Positions 48,856 through 63,535 of a stretch of DNA of 64,000 nucleotides are shown piece after piece. The position numbers were made by a program, and so were the translations under genes. The DNA is taken from assembly GCF_963921235.1 (NCBI RefSeq), contig NC_086097.1:177570001-177634000 (forward strand), given 5' to 3'. Numbering within the stretch: position 1 is the stretch's first letter; every line of letters begins with the position of its first letter. The notes under the pieces are model-generated. The model did not search any database and was not told the origin of the DNA. It saw nothing but the letters and a program-made list of their open reading frames with translations. Source of the DNA: Mobula hypostoma (Eukaryota).

Positions 48856-51362
48856 CCCTTTATGGCTTTTTAGTTGCCTTCTGTTGGTTTTTAAAAGCTT
48901 CCCAATACTCTACCTTTGTAATAATTTTTGCCACATTATATGCCCTCTCTTTTGCTTTTATGTTGTCTTTGACTTCCCTTGTTAGCCATGTCCTCTCTTT
49001 AGAATACGTCTTCATCTTTTGGATGTATCTTTCCTGCACCTTCCAAATTGTTCCCAGAAGCTCTAATCATTACTATTCTGCCATCATCCCTGCTAGTGTC
49101 CCCTTTCCAATCGATTTTGGTCAGCTCCACTGTAACACTGATACATCTGATTTTAGCTTCTGCTTCTCAAACTGCAGGGTGAATCTTATCATATCATGAT
49201 CGCTTTCTCCTGAGGGTTCCTTTACCTTAATTAAATCTGGGTTATTACATAACACCCAATCTAGAATTACTGTTCCCTTGGTGCACTCAAGCATAAGCTG
49301 CATAAAAACCTACCTCGTAGGCATTCTAATCTTCCCTCTGTTGGGATCGAGTAGATTTTTCTCAATCAACCTGCATATTGAAATACCCCATGACTATAGC
49401 AACATTGCCCTTATTACATACTTTTTCTATCTCCTATTGTAATTTGTAGCCCACATTCTGGCTGCTGTTCAAAGGCCTGTACATAACTACCATAAAGGTC
49501 TTTATAATCTTGCAGTTTTTTTAACTCTACCCACGAGGGTTCTACATTTCTGGTTCTATGTCACCTCTTTCTAAAGATTTGATGTCATTTTTTACCAGGA
49601 GAGCCACTCCACCTGCCAGTCCTACGTCAATGTGTCACTGCACACTGCATCGAGTTGTATACCAAATGCCCCATCCTCAGATCTATCCCTCTGGTTCCCA
49701 TTCTCCTACCAGTGCAGATGGTGTCAAGGAGGCCCACAGGAGTAAGACAGATCAACTGGTGAATCATGTCGAAACAACAACCGTCCATCAATGTCAACAA
49801 GACCAAGGAGTTGACTGTGTACTTCAGGAAGGCGAAGCCAGTAGAAGACATACCAGTCCTCATCGCAGGATCAGCATTGGAGATCAAGAGCTGTTTTAAA
49901 TTCCTGGGCATCAATATATTTCTATGCCCAATATTTTGATGCAATCATGAAGAAGACATACTTCATTAAGGAGGTCATTAAAGACCCTAGCAAATTTCTA
50001 CAGATGTATGGTGGAGAGCATTCTGACTGCTATCATCACCCAGTATGACTTCTCTAATGCACAGGATTGAAAGTGGCTGCAGAGGGTTGTCGACTCTGAC
50101 AGCTCCATCGCAGACACACCCCTCTCTACCCTCAAGGACATCTTCAAATGTTGTTGCCTCAATAGTTCCATTTACTATCAGAGAAATACATGCACTATAC
50201 ATACAGCAATTCTGGGTCTTTGCAGACATCCACGAAAACAGAAGTACTCCAAAGAATGAGTGACAGTTGAAAACACTGGGACCCCAGAGCAGCCCCTACC
50301 CCCCCCCCACACACACAGGCAGCAGCAAAACAATGACCCTCCCCCACCTCCACAAAAGAACATCAATGCCCTCCACCCACCAAGCACACAATAGCAAGGA
50401 CTATGATCTGCAGTACAACAAAAACTAATCGTTCACCCGACAGTCTGTCATACCACAGGCTCTCTCATTCTCCCCAGTAAAGGGAAAAAGAAGTGTCCCC
50501 TTTCACAGCGAGAGGGGAGACATAACAAATCAACTCACTGATTTAAAGTTAAAAGTCTATCACGTCATTTTTTTTCCTGAGTTCTCCACAGCCAAAGAAT
50601 CGGGGGAGAGAGAGAAAGAGAGAGAGATTGAGACCGAGATTCACCAAGTACAGAGTCTCCGACAGCTGATCCGCTGTTTCTGATCTTCCGTTTTCTCCCG
50701 CAACACTTCAGTCAGCGGCTCTGGCAGAGAACCAGCTCGTCCATAGGGCCATGAAACCTCAGAGCCCTGAAGGTGTGCTCGTCTTCTAGGCCGTGTCCTT
50801 GGGATATTGAAAAGTGGCTGGTCATGAGCCAGCGGGAGCAGGACCCCCCAGCGCAAAGAACCGAAGCCTGAGTGTATCTGCAGGTCAGGGTCTCCAACAG
50901 AACCCCATCCACCCCGAAAAGGAAAAAGAGAGACATCAAAGGTAGAAATTAAGCTGTTTTTTCAGATGAACATGAAGGAGTCACCATTGAGCACCACTGT
51001 AATTCTGTCTCCAACTCTATTTCCTACTCAAGCAAGTGCCACTCATCATCAAAGACCCTCACCACCCAGCACAGGCCCATCAAAGAACAAGTACAGGAGT
51101 CTGAAGATGCACACTAATCATCTTAGAATCAGCTTCTTCCCTTCTGCCATCAGATACCTGAATGGTCCATGAACTCTATCTTGCTGTTCCTCTTTTGAAA
51201 TATTTATTTGTTTTATTTTATTTTTAATGAAACTTTTTTTTATTTCTTGCACTGTACTGCTACCCCAAAGCAACAGATTTCTCAACATATGTACATAAAA
51301 CAACAGTTCGATACCATACAAGCCGTTCGGCCCACAACATTCAGCCTAGCGTTAAACCTACT

Positions 51363-51680
51363 TAATAATAATAATAGGCATCCATTGGTCTCATGAGACC
51401 ATGGATTTGCGCCTTAGAAGGTTTCCAGGGCACAGGCCTGGGCAAGGTGGTATGGAAGACCAGCAGCTGCCCATGCTGCAAGTCTCCCCTCTCCACGACA
51501 CCGATGTTGTCCAAGGGAAGGGCACTAGGGCTGATACAGCTTGGCATTGGTGTCGTCGCAGAGCAATGTGTGGTTAAGTGCCTTGCTCAAGGACACAACA
51601 TGCTGCCTCAGCCGAGGCTCGAATTAGCGACCTTCAGATCACTAGTCTAATGCCTTAACTATTTGGCCATGCACCAACAC
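51363..51680 (-). mobile_element. Full-length tRNA-headed SINE with CORE-like centre and 10-bp TSD
   Basis: TAAACCTACT at 51353-51362 and 51681-51690. Minus strand has A/B boxes, GTGTCCTTGAGCAAGGCACTTAACC and a (TAT)n tail. Confidence 0.85.
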
Positions 51681-54644
51681 TAAACCTACTATGTCAATGA
51701 TAATAAATCTAATTCTGGCATTCTGACACTCTGAATAGCTTCGTTTTGTATGTCATCCAGACTGATCATTGCATGCATTAGTATATCAAGGTAGTACAAG
51801 GGAAAGCAACAACAGATGCGGAATAAAGCATTACAGTTACAGAGAAAGTGCAGTGCAGGCAGAGAATATGATTCAAGGTCCATGACAAGGTAAATTGTGA
51901 GGTCAAGAATTCAGATTTATCATGCAAATACTAGAAACGCTCAGCAAGTCAGGTAGCATCTGTTGACTGAGAAAAACAGAACTAGCATTTCAGATTGGAG
52001 ATTCTGCATCAGGACCGGGTAGGATCAGCTACCTCTGCTTTAACAAAAGCAAACCTGGGCCACCCAGTCTCTCCTCATCAGTAAAACACTCCATCTTCTC
52101 AGGGCTAGCGTTAAGCTAGTAATTGAGCCTAGTGTCATCTGCACAAGTACAAGTGAGCACAGGTGCAATGAAAATCTTACTTGCATCAGTCAGCATCAGA
52201 GGCACTTAGGATTAAAGACAGGGCATTCACAAGAAAAACATGAATTAAAGGTAAATTATACAAGAAAGGATACAATTCAAGCAACAAAAAGGAAAGTCTA
52301 TTGCAATATAAAGTGAGTAAAGTGGTCAACTAATCCAGCCTAGTTCCATCCGTCTGTACCCAGACCATATTCTGCCAAAACCCTCTATCCAAGTAGCTAT
52401 CCAAATACAACAGAAGGCAAGTCAAAGACAAAGCAGCAGAAGAGAGCTGGATCTAGGATATTGCCCTGAGTTAAAAGATCACCTCTCATTTTGTCTAACC
52501 TCGAGAGAATACAAAGCTAGTCAACATAATTTCTGACATGTTGTCAGAAGAATTAGTCTGGTTAATCAATGCTACACTCCCTCTGACAAAGAGATGCTTT
52601 CTTGGATAGGGAGATAAAGCTGTACACATCACTTCAGGTGTGGTCTTATTAAGGCTGGGTATAATTATAGCAAGAATAGAGCCACATAAGGTTTGATCCA
52701 GACAATTCATTAATTCTAATCTAATGTTCTAGAGTGCCTGTCATTGCATTAAAATAAATGTCAGTGTCTTAGGTTAAGCTCATATGAATAATTCATTCAA
52801 TTATTCTACAAGCTCAGTGCCAACATACAAGAAGTGTTCCTTAACCCAGAGTTTCTCCTTTCTATTCCAAAGCAAGATATACACATGCTGCTTAATAAAA
52901 TAAATTGTTTTAATTAAAACAATCATACAGCCTGTTAGGTCCAATTCTTGCTAGTTGAGATGGAGTTGTCAAGCAGACAGAACCAGTCTAGGTTAGATTA
53001 GATTTATTTATCACATGTACATTGAAATATACAGTGAAATGCATCATTTGCATTAACTACCAGCACAGCCTAAGGGTGTGTTGAGAACAGATGAAAGTGT
53101 CGCCACACATTCTGGTGCCAACATACCATGACCACAAATGTTCAGCAGAACAACACACAACAACCAACAACAACAGCAGAACAAAATCAACGACACAACA
53201 AGCCAACAGAAAAGTAAGCCCCTTTCCCACCCTCCAATGCACACACACACAGTCGGGCCTCCTGGGTTTGGAAACCTTGCCTAGCCCGGGCTTCAGCCTC
53301 CAGACTCGCTGAACTCATTGTCACCAGGCTTCAAACTTTGGACTCGACAACCTCAGGACCTTAATCTCTCGACTCACCGATTCCAAGGTTTCAACCACAG
53401 GCCTTGCTGATCACAGCCTGGAGTAGACACAGCTATGAGTCTGCTAGATGTCCAAGGACAGGAAAAGGTGGAGGTGTGGAGGTGGGAATGATGATGTGAC
53501 GGTGGCTATTGGGGAGGATATTGCCACACAGAGGAGAACCAATCACATTTATACACCTTGCCAAGCACCCATTCAGAATGGCCCTCACTCTTAGCTCACT
53601 GATGTCTTACCTCAGGCTTGGCCCTCACAATCTACCTTGTTTCGACCTTGCAGCTTATTGTCTGCCGGCACTGCACTTTCACTATAACTGTTACACTTTA
53701 TTCTGCATTCTGCTGTGGTTTTCCCTGTGGTTTTCCCAATGCACTGTTGTAACAAATTGATCTGTATGATGGATATGCAAGACAATTTTTTCACTGTACA
53801 TTGTTACATGTGGTAATAATAAACCGAATTATCAATCCCCTCCCCCCCCCCACCCATCTTGGTCAAATCTCTCCCATCTTGCCCATTCCTCGGGAACCAT
53901 CCAATCATATTTCTGGAAGAAAGGAGAAAAGTGAGGATGACTGTCAGATTCACCCAGTGCAGAAGGAGGCCCTTCAGCAGCCCATAAAGTGTATGCTAAT
54001 CATCAGATATCTATCCATGCTAATCCACTTACCTGTACTTGGTCCATAGCCCATAGATCTCATCCAAATACTTCTCCCAGATACCACCTGAACCTGAGGG
54101 CGATCAATATCCTTGCAGTCATGTTTGCTAGAGCTACTGGGGAAGGCTTAAGCTAATTTGGCAGGGGCATGGGAACCAGAGTGATCAGGAAGTTGATTTA
54201 CAAGCAGAGGTAGTGCATAGTGAAGGACAAGCAGGTGATAGGGCAAAATTGCAGCCAGTGGGATTGGGTTGCAGTGTAAAAGGGGGACAAAATTGAAAAG
54301 ACTGACAAATACAGGACTGAAGGTGTTATCTGAGGGCACGCAGTATACAAAATAAGATGATTTTGTAGATCAGCAGGTAAAATGTTGCGGGTAACACAGC
54401 ATCATGGTTGAAACATGATTCTAGCTGGGAGCTTAATATCGAAGAACACGCAATTTATCAAAGAACAGGCAGGTGGGCAGAGGAGGCGGAGTGGTTCTGA
54501 TGGTAAAAAGTGAAATCAAACCTTTACAAAGAGCAGAAGATGTAGAATCCTTGTGCATAGAATTAAGACACTGCAAGGGTAGGAAGACCCTGATGGGAGT
54601 TACTTACAGGGCTCTAAACAGTAGCCAGGATGTGGTCTACAATT

Positions 54645-54915
54645 GGCATCCGTTAGTCTCGTGAGACCATGGATTTTCACCTTGGAAGGTTTCCAGGGCA
54701 CAAGCCTGGGCAAGGTTGTATGGAAGACCAGCAGTTGCCCATGCTGCAAGTCTCCCCTCTCCACACCACCGATGTTGTCCAAGGGAAGGGCACTAGGGCC
54801 GATACAGCTTGGCACCGGTGTCATTGCAGAGCAATTTGTGGTTAAGTTGCCTTGCTCAAGGACACACATGCTGCCTCAGCTGAGGCTCAAACTAGCGACC
54901 TCCAGATCACTAGAC
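54645..54915 (-). mobile_element. 5'-truncated copy of the same CORE-like SINE
   Basis: Aligns by eye to 51377-51645; inserted in CR1 endonuclease sequence. Confidence 0.85.
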
Positions 54916-54987
54916 CGCAAATTACAGTGGGCGATAGAAAAAGTATGTCAAAAAGCCAATGTTATGTTAGTCATGAGGATTTCAATA

Positions 54988-55485
54988 TTGAATTGAATTG
55001 ACTGTATAACTTATATCCTTCATACACATGAGGAGTAAAAATCTTTACATTACATCTCCATCAAAATATGCAATGTGCAATTTATAGTAATTTATAATAA
55101 ATGGTATGTACAACAGGACAGTCAATATAACATAGAAATACAATTGTGAGAGCATGAATTAAGCAGTCTGGTGGCCTGGTGGAAGAAGCTGTCCCAGAGC
55201 CTGTTGGTCCTGGCTTTTATGCTGCAGTACCATTTCCCTAATGGGACCAGCTGGAGCAGTTTGTGGTTGGGGTGATTCGGGTCCCCAGTGATCCTTCGGG
55301 CCCTTTTTACACACCTGTCTTTGTGAATACCCTGAACAGTGGAAGTTCACATCTACAGATGCGCTGGGCTGTCCGCACCACTCTCTGCAGAGTCCTATGA
55401 TTGAGGGAAGTACAGTTCCCATACCAGACAGTGATGCAGCCAGTCAGGATGCTCTGAATTGAGCCCCTGTAGAAAGTTTTTAGGA
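54988..55485 (-). mobile_element. LINE 3' fragment with (TTCAA)n tail, nested in CR1
   Basis: Same family as 57229-57690; AATAT on both flanks. Confidence 0.75.
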
Positions 55486-57228
55486 ATAGTAATATGTAGA
55501 TAGATTGGGAAAATCAAGTTGATAATGGTTCCGAAGAGAGAGTGTTTGTGGAATGCCTCCAAGATGGGTTTTTGGAGCAGTTTGTTATTGAGCCTACTAG
55601 GGGATCAACAATTCTGAATTGTGTGTTGTGTATTGAACCAGATAAGATTAGTGAATTCAAGCTCATGGAACCATTAGGAAACAATGAGCATCATATGTTA
55701 GGATTCATACTGCAACTTGAGAGAGAGAAACTAAAGTCTGATGTATCAGTATTACAGTGGAGTAAGGGGGATTAGAGACGTATGACAGAACAGCTGCCAA
55801 AGTTGGTTGGAAGAGGACATCAGCAGAGATGACAGCAGAGCAGCAGTGGCTGGAGTTTCTAGGAGCCATTCGGAAAGCACAGGATAGATACATCTCAAAG
55901 AAGAGGAAGTATTCTAAAACAGTATGATGCAACTATAACTGACAAGGGAAACCAAAGCCAACATGTAAGCAAAAGAGAGGGCATACAATAGAACAAAATT
56001 TAATGGGAAGTTAGAGGATTGGGATTTTTTATGAAAAAACAACAGAAGGCAACAAAACAACACTGGGAGAAAAGATTAAATGTAAAGGGAAGCTAGCCAA
56101 TAATATAAAAGAAGATACAGAAAGTGCTTTCAGATATGTAAAGAGTAAAAGAGAGTGAAGAGTAGAGATTGGACTACTGGAAAATGACGCTGGAGAGATA
56201 GGTACAGGGACAAGGAAATGGTGGACAAACTGAATAAGTATTTTGCATCAGCCTTCACTGTGGAAGACTCTGGTAGTGTGCCGGAAATTTGAGAGTGTCA
56301 AGTTGGGCCTGATGAACTTCACCCCAGGCGCCTAAAGGAGGTAGCTGAAAAGATTGTGGAGGCATTAGCAAAGATCTTTCAAGAATCAATATGTTCTGGC
56401 ATGGTTGCGGAGGAATGGAAAATTGCAAGTGTCACTCCATTCTTCAAGGGAGGGAAGTAGAAGAAAGGAAATTATAGGCCAGTTAGCCTGACCTCAGTGG
56501 TTGAAAAGATGATTTCCTTAAGGGAAATCTGGTTGAATTCTTTGAAAAAATAACAAACAGGACAGAGAAAGGAGAATTGGTGAATATTGTATACTGTACT
56601 GGGATTTTCAGAAGGTCTTTGACAAAGTGATGCACATGAGGCTGTTTAACAAGATAAGAACCCAAGGTATGACAGCATGCGTAGAATATTGGCTTTTTGG
56701 TAGGAGGCAAAGAGTGGAAATAACGGGATCCCTTTTGGATTGGCTGCTGGTAACTAGTGGTGTTCCACAATGTTCTGTGTTAGGACCGCTTTTTACGTTG
56801 TATGTCAACAATCTGGATAATAAATCTGATGGCTTTGTGGCCAAGTCTGTGGACAATACAAAGATAAGTGGAGAGGCAGGTAGTGTTGAGGAAGCAGAGA
56901 GGCTGCGGACATAGATTAGGAGAAAGGGAAAAGAGGTGGCAGGTGGAATACAGTATTATGAAGTGTATGATCGTGCACTTTGTTAGAAGGAACAAAAGCA
57001 TAAACTATTTTCTAAATGGGGAGAAAATTAAATACTCTAAGGTGCAAAGGGATTTAGGAGTCCTTGTGCAGGATTCTCTAAAGGTTAATTTGCAAGTTGG
57101 ATTGATGGTGAAGAAGGCAAATGCAATGTCAGCTTTCATTTCAAGGGGACAAGAAAGTAATTGCTGGATGTAATGCTGAGGCTGTATAAAGCACTGGTCA
57201 GGCCCCACTTAGAATATTGCCAGCAGTT

Positions 57229-57690
57229 TTGAATTGAATTGAATTACTATATTTCTTACATCCTTCACATACATGAGGAGTAAAAATCTTTATGTTACGT
57301 CTCTGTCTAAATGTGCAATGTGCAATCATAGTAATGTATAATAATTTATAATAAATAGAACAGTCAATGTAACATAAAATGTACTCAAATCAGCGTGAGT
57401 TAATCAGTCTGATGGCCTGGTGGAAGAAGCTGTCCCGCAGTCTGTTGGTCCTGGCTCTTATGCCACGGTGCCGTTTCCCGGATGGTAGCAGCTGGAATAG
57501 ATTGTGGTTGGGGTGACTCGGGTCCCCAATGATCCTTTCGGCCCTTTTCTCACACCTATCTTTGTAAATGTTGTGAATCATGGGAAGTTCACAACTACAG
57601 ATGCACTGTGCTGTCCACCCCACCCTCTGCAGAGTCCTGCGATACAGTTCCCATACCAGGCATTGATGCAGCCTGCCAGGATGCTCTCGA
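57229..57690 (-). mobile_element. LINE 3' fragment with (TTCAA)n tail, nested in CR1
   Basis: Encodes 'DPSHPNHNLFQLLPSGKRHRGIRARTNRLRDSFFHQAIRL'; splits the host at CAGTTTT|GGCCCC. Confidence 0.8.
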
Positions 57691-58502
57691 TTTTGGCCCC
57701 TTATTTAAGAAAGGATGTGCTGACATTGCAGAGGGATGAGAGGAGTTTCACAAGAATGATTCAGGAATGAATGAGTGAACATATTGAAGACTCTGGGCTT
57801 GTATTTGGTGGAATTTAGAAGAATGGGGGGGGGGGAAATCTTATTGAAACCTATTGAATGTTGAAAGGCCTAGATAGACTGGATGTGAAAAGGATGTTTC
57901 CTTTGGTGGTGGAGTCTAGGACCAGAGGGCACAGCCTAAAATAGGGGGACGTCCATTTAGGGCAGATGTGAGGAGGAACTTCTGTAGTCAACGGGTGGTG
58001 AATCTGTGGAACTTGTTGCCTCAGGTGGCTGTGGAGGCCAGGGCACTGGGTGCATTTAAACCAGAAGATGATAGGTTCTTAATAGTTAGGATATGAAAGT
58101 TTATGGGAAAAAGGCAGGAGAATGGGGTTGAGAGGAAAATTGATCAGCCATGATGAAGTAGCATAGCAGACTCCAAGGGCCCAATAGCCTAATTCTGCTT
58201 CTATGTCTTGTGGTCTAATGTTGTGAGAGTCTCTGCTTCCATCACCCCCTCAGGCAGTGCATTCAGATTCCAATCACCTACTGGATGAAAAAGTTCTTCT
58301 TCAAATCACTTCAAATTGTCTCCTCTTCACCTTAACCAATGCCACCTAATACACTTCTGCCATGGAGAAAACTTTCTTATTATCTGATACCTCTTATATC
58401 CTCTTCATACACCTCCATCCCGACCCTTCTTCAGCCTTCTCCACTCCATGGAAAAATGTAGCCTATCCAGTCCTTCCTCAATATTAATTCTCCTTCTAAA
58501 TA

Positions 58503-59656
58503 CACACATGAGGCTACATAACAAGATAAGAGCCCATGGAATTACAGGAAAGTTACATACTTGGATAGAGCGTTGGCTGATTGGCAGGAAACAGAGAGTG
58601 GGAATAAAGGGATCCTATTCTGGTTGGCTGCCGGTTACCAGTGGAGTTCCACAGGGGTCCGTGTTGGGGCCGCTTCTTTTTACATTGTACATCAATGATC
58701 TGGATTATGGAATAGATGGTTTTGTGGCTAAGTTTGCTGACGATACGAAGATAGGTGGAGGGGCCGGTAGTGCTGAGGAAACAGAGAGTCTGCGGAGAGA
58801 CTTGGATAGATTGGAAGAATGGGCAAAGAGGTGGCAAATGAAATGCAATGTTGGAAAGCGTATGGTTATGCACTTTGGCAGAAGAAATAAACGGGCAGAC
58901 TATTATTTAAATGGGGAGAGAATTCAAAGTTCTGAGATGCAATGGGACTTGGGAGTCCTTGTACAGGATACCCTTAAGGTTAACCTCCAGGCTGAGTTGG
59001 TGGTGAAGAAGGCAAATGCAATGTTGGCATTCATTTCTAGAGGAATAGAGTATAGGAGCAGGGATGTGATGTTGAGGCTCTATAAGGCGCTGGTGAGACC
59101 TTACTTGGAGTACTGTGGGCAGTTTTGGTCTCCTTATTTAAGAAAGGATGTGCTAACATTGGAGAGGGTACAGAGAAGATTCACTAGAATGATTCTGGGA
59201 ATGAGAGGGTTAACAAATGAGGAACTTTTGTCCGCTCTTGGACTGTATTCCTTGGAGTTTAGAAGAATGAGGGGAGACCTCATAGAAACATTTCGAAAGT
59301 TGAAAGGCATGGACAGAGTGGATGTGGCAAAGTTGTTTCCCATGATGGGGGAGTCTAGTACGAGAGGGCATGACTTAAGGATTGAAGGGCGCCCATTCAG
59401 AACAGAAATGCAAAGAAATTTTTTTAGCCAGAGGATGGTGAATCTATGGAATTTGTTGCCACGGGCAGCAGTGGAGGCCAAGTCATTGGGTGTATTTAAG
59501 GCAGAGATTGATAGGTATCTGAGTAGCCAAGGCATCAAAGGTTATGGTGAGAAGGTGGGGAAGTGGGACTAAATGGGAGAATGGATCAGCTCATGATAAA
59601 ATGGCGGAGCAGACTCAATGGGCCAAATGGCTGACTTCTCCTTTGTCTTATGGTCT
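58503..59656 (+). mobile_element. Young 5'-truncated CR1 with uninterrupted ORF2 (C-terminal half of RT)
   Basis: About 355 open codons including GVPQGSVLGPLLF, FADDTK and LEYCGQFWSP; CR1 tail. Confidence 0.92.
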
Positions 59657-62600
59657 AAATACTGTCATCTAGAGGGTGGTGAATCACTTGGACTATTTGT
59701 GGAGACTAGATCACTGGAGATATTTAAAGATCTGGGGGATTGAGAGTTGTGGGGAACAGGCACAAAAGATGCTCGGAACAGAGCAGCTATGGTCATAGAC
59801 AATAGTGTGACAGGTTTGAGTGACCTGTTCCTGTTCTTGTATTCTTGTATTCTCTGCAGCTTAATCACACACTTGTTGACCTAGTTTTCCGGTTTTGATG
59901 ATCTTCAGTATTGGTTTACTATCGACCCGTAGTATTGGTTTACTATTGACCTTTAGTACTGGTTTATTATTGTCACATGTACTCAGCTGCAGTGAAAAGC
60001 TTTTGTTCACATACTATGTAGGCAGATTATTCTATACATAAGTACATCAAAGTAATTCAGAAGAAAATAGAATATAGCACATTGGGACTCTGACAGGATC
60101 AGAGCTGAGCGAGTAGAGTTCAACCGGGAAAAGTGTGAAGTGATTCATTTTGGAAGGTTGAATCTGAAGGCAAATTCAGGGTTAATGGTAGGATTTTTGA
60201 CAGTGTAGAAGAACAGAGGGATCTTAGGGTCCATGTCCATAGATCCCTTAAAGTTGCTGCTAAAGTTCAAAGGTTAATTTATTATCAAAGCATGCAGCTC
60301 TGAAATTCTTCAATTCTCCGGGTGGCCATGAAACCAAGAAAGAAAAGAAAGACAGCACAATCATCAAACCCTAAATCCCACCTCCCCACAAAAAAACAAA
60401 CATAAATAGAACAGGCACATTGACCTCCAAATCCCCCTCCCCACATAAAAAAAACTGAGAAGCTCAGGTGAAAAAATACAGAATCTCAAAACTGAAAAAA
60501 GACTGGGAAAAAGTCTATAGTCCAAGCCCACATCCAAAACCAGTAAAAGCCTGGGCAACACTCTCCTGCACAGTGGCAACTCTCCCCTCTCCGATACAGA
60601 GCAACCATTTGAAAGGCAAGCAGCCGGCGCTCACCCTCTGCATTTGCTTCGGTGCCTCAATCTCCCTCGTCGCTTGAATCAGCAAACAATGGAAGCTTTA
60701 CTCGGTGAAATGGAACCAAATGTTGGCTTGCAGCCTGCCTGTTATGAAACTTGTGCACGCTGCCTCCTGGAATCCTCAGAGACTGCAGAGAGCTGGAACA
60801 CTCAAGCGATCTCCAAACTTGTGCACTCACCTTGATGTTTCAATTACCATCATCGCTTTAATCAGCAAATAGCAGAAGCTATAATCGGCAAAATGGGATC
60901 AAAGAGGAAAGATTGGTTTCCATGTTATACTGAGCTCTATCCATAACTCTGCCATTTTTTTGCAATCACGTGCAGAGCAGTTGCCATACCAAGCTGTGAT
61001 TCATCTGGATATGATGCTTTCTAAGGTGTATCTGTGAAACATCTATTGTCTCTCCTGATTAGATTTCAGTCTTAGTTAGGAAAACATTGCTAGTATTGTT
61101 TCTCCTGATTAAGTCAAGAGGATAAACAAAGAGTACTAGTTAGGAATTTAAACTATAGATAAGCATCTTGAACCCTGGACAGTTTTTTTCTGCAGTTCTA
61201 TTAAGCAATTACAGTGCTGGGTCTGAACAGTAAATACTCATTGCATTGCAGGCCATCCTATACCTGAATTAGATATGCTATCTTCAGAAAACATAACTGG
61301 AACTTCTATTGTGCCTTAGTCATCCTCAAGGTATCCCATTGTGGTTCATGAGGCAAGGGTCATACTGAGATCAGTTGGTGAAGTGGTTGTGGAATTATAA
61401 ATGGATTTCAACTCAAATAATGCATTTGAGGCAATGCATTTTTACAGTCACACCACAGTAGGATCTATACAGTGAATAGCGGGGCAGCAACAAGTGTTGT
61501 GGAACAGAGGGCCCAGCACATTCGTGCAACTAATTAGGAAGAAAGCACAGCAACACCTCTTAGGAGTTTGTGAACATTAGACATGACATATAAAACTTTG
61601 GCAAACTTCTGTAGCTACATTGTGGAGAGTATATTGACTGGCTGCATCACAGCACATCTACATGAAGCATTGTCACAGGAAAGCAGCATCCATCATCAGG
61701 GACCTCCACCACCCAGGACATGCTGTCTTCGCACTGCTGCCATCAGGAAGAAGATACAAAAGCCTCAGGACTTACACCACCAGGTTCAGGAAATTATTAC
61801 CCCTCAACCATCAGCTCTTGAACCAAAGGGGATAATTCACTCAACTTCACTTGCCCCATCATTGAAATGTTCCCACAACCTATGGACTCACTTTCCTAGA
61901 TTCATCATCTCATGTTCATGATATTTATTGATTATTTATTTATTATTATTTCTTCCTTTTTGTATTTGCACAGTTTGTTGTCTTTTGTATACTGGTTGAA
62001 CACCCAAATTGCTGCAGACTTTCACTGATTCTGTTATGAATTCATTGAGTATGTCCTCAAGAAGATGAATCTCAGGATTGTATATGGTAACATAATAAAT
62101 TTACTTTGAACTTAGAACTTTCAGTACAAGTGAACAGGGTGGCCACATAGGTAGACAGGGTGGTGAAGAAGATCCTTTGCATCCTGGCCTTTATCAGTCA
62201 GTGGATCGAGTTTAGGAGTAAGGACATTATGTTGCAATTATACGTGTTGTAGGAGAGGCCACACTTGGAGCATTGTGTACAGCTTTGTTTACACTGTCAG
62301 AAAAACGACATTGTCGAGCTAGAGAGGGGTCAGAAGAGATCTACAAGGATGCTGCCTGGACCAGAAGGCCTTAGAGACTGGCTATGTCGGACCTTTAGCC
62401 TGGAGAGTAGGAGATTGAGAGTTGACTGAATATAAGTTTATAAAATCATGACAGGTATGGATAAGGCAGGAAGTTGCAATCTTTCCCTCAGGACCGCAGT
62501 GTCCAAAAATAGAGGGCACAGATGCAACATAGGAGAGGAGATTTAAAAGAGACCGGAGAGGTAACTTCTTATACAGATGATGCTGAGAACCTGGAATGAG

Positions 62601-63014
62601 CTGCTAGAGGAAGTGGTCATTTTGGGAGCAAATGCAACTTTTAAGACATACTTGGCCAGGTACATGGAAAGAGTGGTTTGGAGGGTTATGGGCCGAACAC
62701 AGGTAGCTAGAGCTTGCAGTAAGGATGCTGTTATTGGCATAGACCAGTTGGGCCAAAGAGATTGTTGCTGTGCTATATCACTGGACATTCTGCCCATTGA
62801 CCAACTCCACAAGTTCCATTCACCGCCCTCCTCCACAGTCCCATGGATCGCACTTACTTGGAAAGATGATCATTACTGTAAGAAATGCTGCAGGCATTTG
62901 GAGCACAGCACAATCCCACAAATCAGGATGAGGAGACTGATGAGATTTAATGATTGTAGTGATGTCGAGGAAGGGGTATATTCTTTCTAGGACATAAAAG
63001 GGAACTGGACACGG

Positions 63015-63535
63015 AAATATTTGCAGATGCTGGAAACTGGAGTAACACACAGAGTGCTAGAGGAACTCAGCAGGTCAGACAGCATCTGTGGAGGGAAATG
63101 GACAGCTGCTGTTTTGGGTCAAGACCCTTCATCTGGACTGAAAGTGTAGAGAGGAGATAGCCAGTATAAAGAGGTGATGGGGGAGGTGGAACAGGAACTG
63201 GCAGGTGGTAGGAGGATCCAGCTCAGAAGGGGTGGAAGGCAGATGGAGGGGGGAGAGTGGGAATAGTCACAGAGGCTGGGGTTGTGATTTGGAGCTGACA
63301 AAGGGCTGCAGATCTGCAGATGGTGGGAACATAGAAGAGAAAGGTGGAGTTTGGTACAAAATAAAGGAGGTAGGTAGGGCATAGGGGAACAGTGAGGGAG
63401 AAAGTGTGCGATGGGCAGATGGTGGGGGTTGGAGAGGGGAAAGAAACAGTATGATGGGATCTGGCTTGGATGTAGGAGGATCTGGATGGATCAGAAGGAG
63501 ATTGAAAAGGGACAGATGGGGAGCAGAAATTTTCA
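63015..63535 (-). mobile_element. Penelope-like terminal repeat/UTR remnant
   Basis: TGCAGATGCTGGAAAC..GGAACTCAGCAGGTCA..GACCCTTCATCTGGACTG followed by a purine-rich tract. Confidence 0.6.

Larger units (their letters stand above)
47450..49605 (-). mobile_element. Degenerate CR1 ORF2 with two nested short elements
   Basis: Minus-strand AFDKVLHVRLL and LDWVLCNNPDLI..SDHDMIRF. Confidence 0.8.
54080..58218 (+). mobile_element. Long degenerate CR1 (end of ORF1 through ORF2 and tail) with nested insertions
   Basis: GRGGGVVLMVK, FVECLQDGFLEQ, SGVPQCSVLGP and QRDLGVLV; tail TATGTCTTGTGGTCT. Confidence 0.85.

Noticed and set aside
52495..52710. Possible minus-strand exon
   Set aside because: No recognisable protein, weak splice signals, and part of it resembles an antisense CR1 remnant.
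58448..59572. 374-aa ORF as a host gene
   Set aside because: It is a 5'-truncated CR1 ORF2. The first ~19 codons come from unrelated flank, and it lacks the endonuclease and the N-terminal RT.
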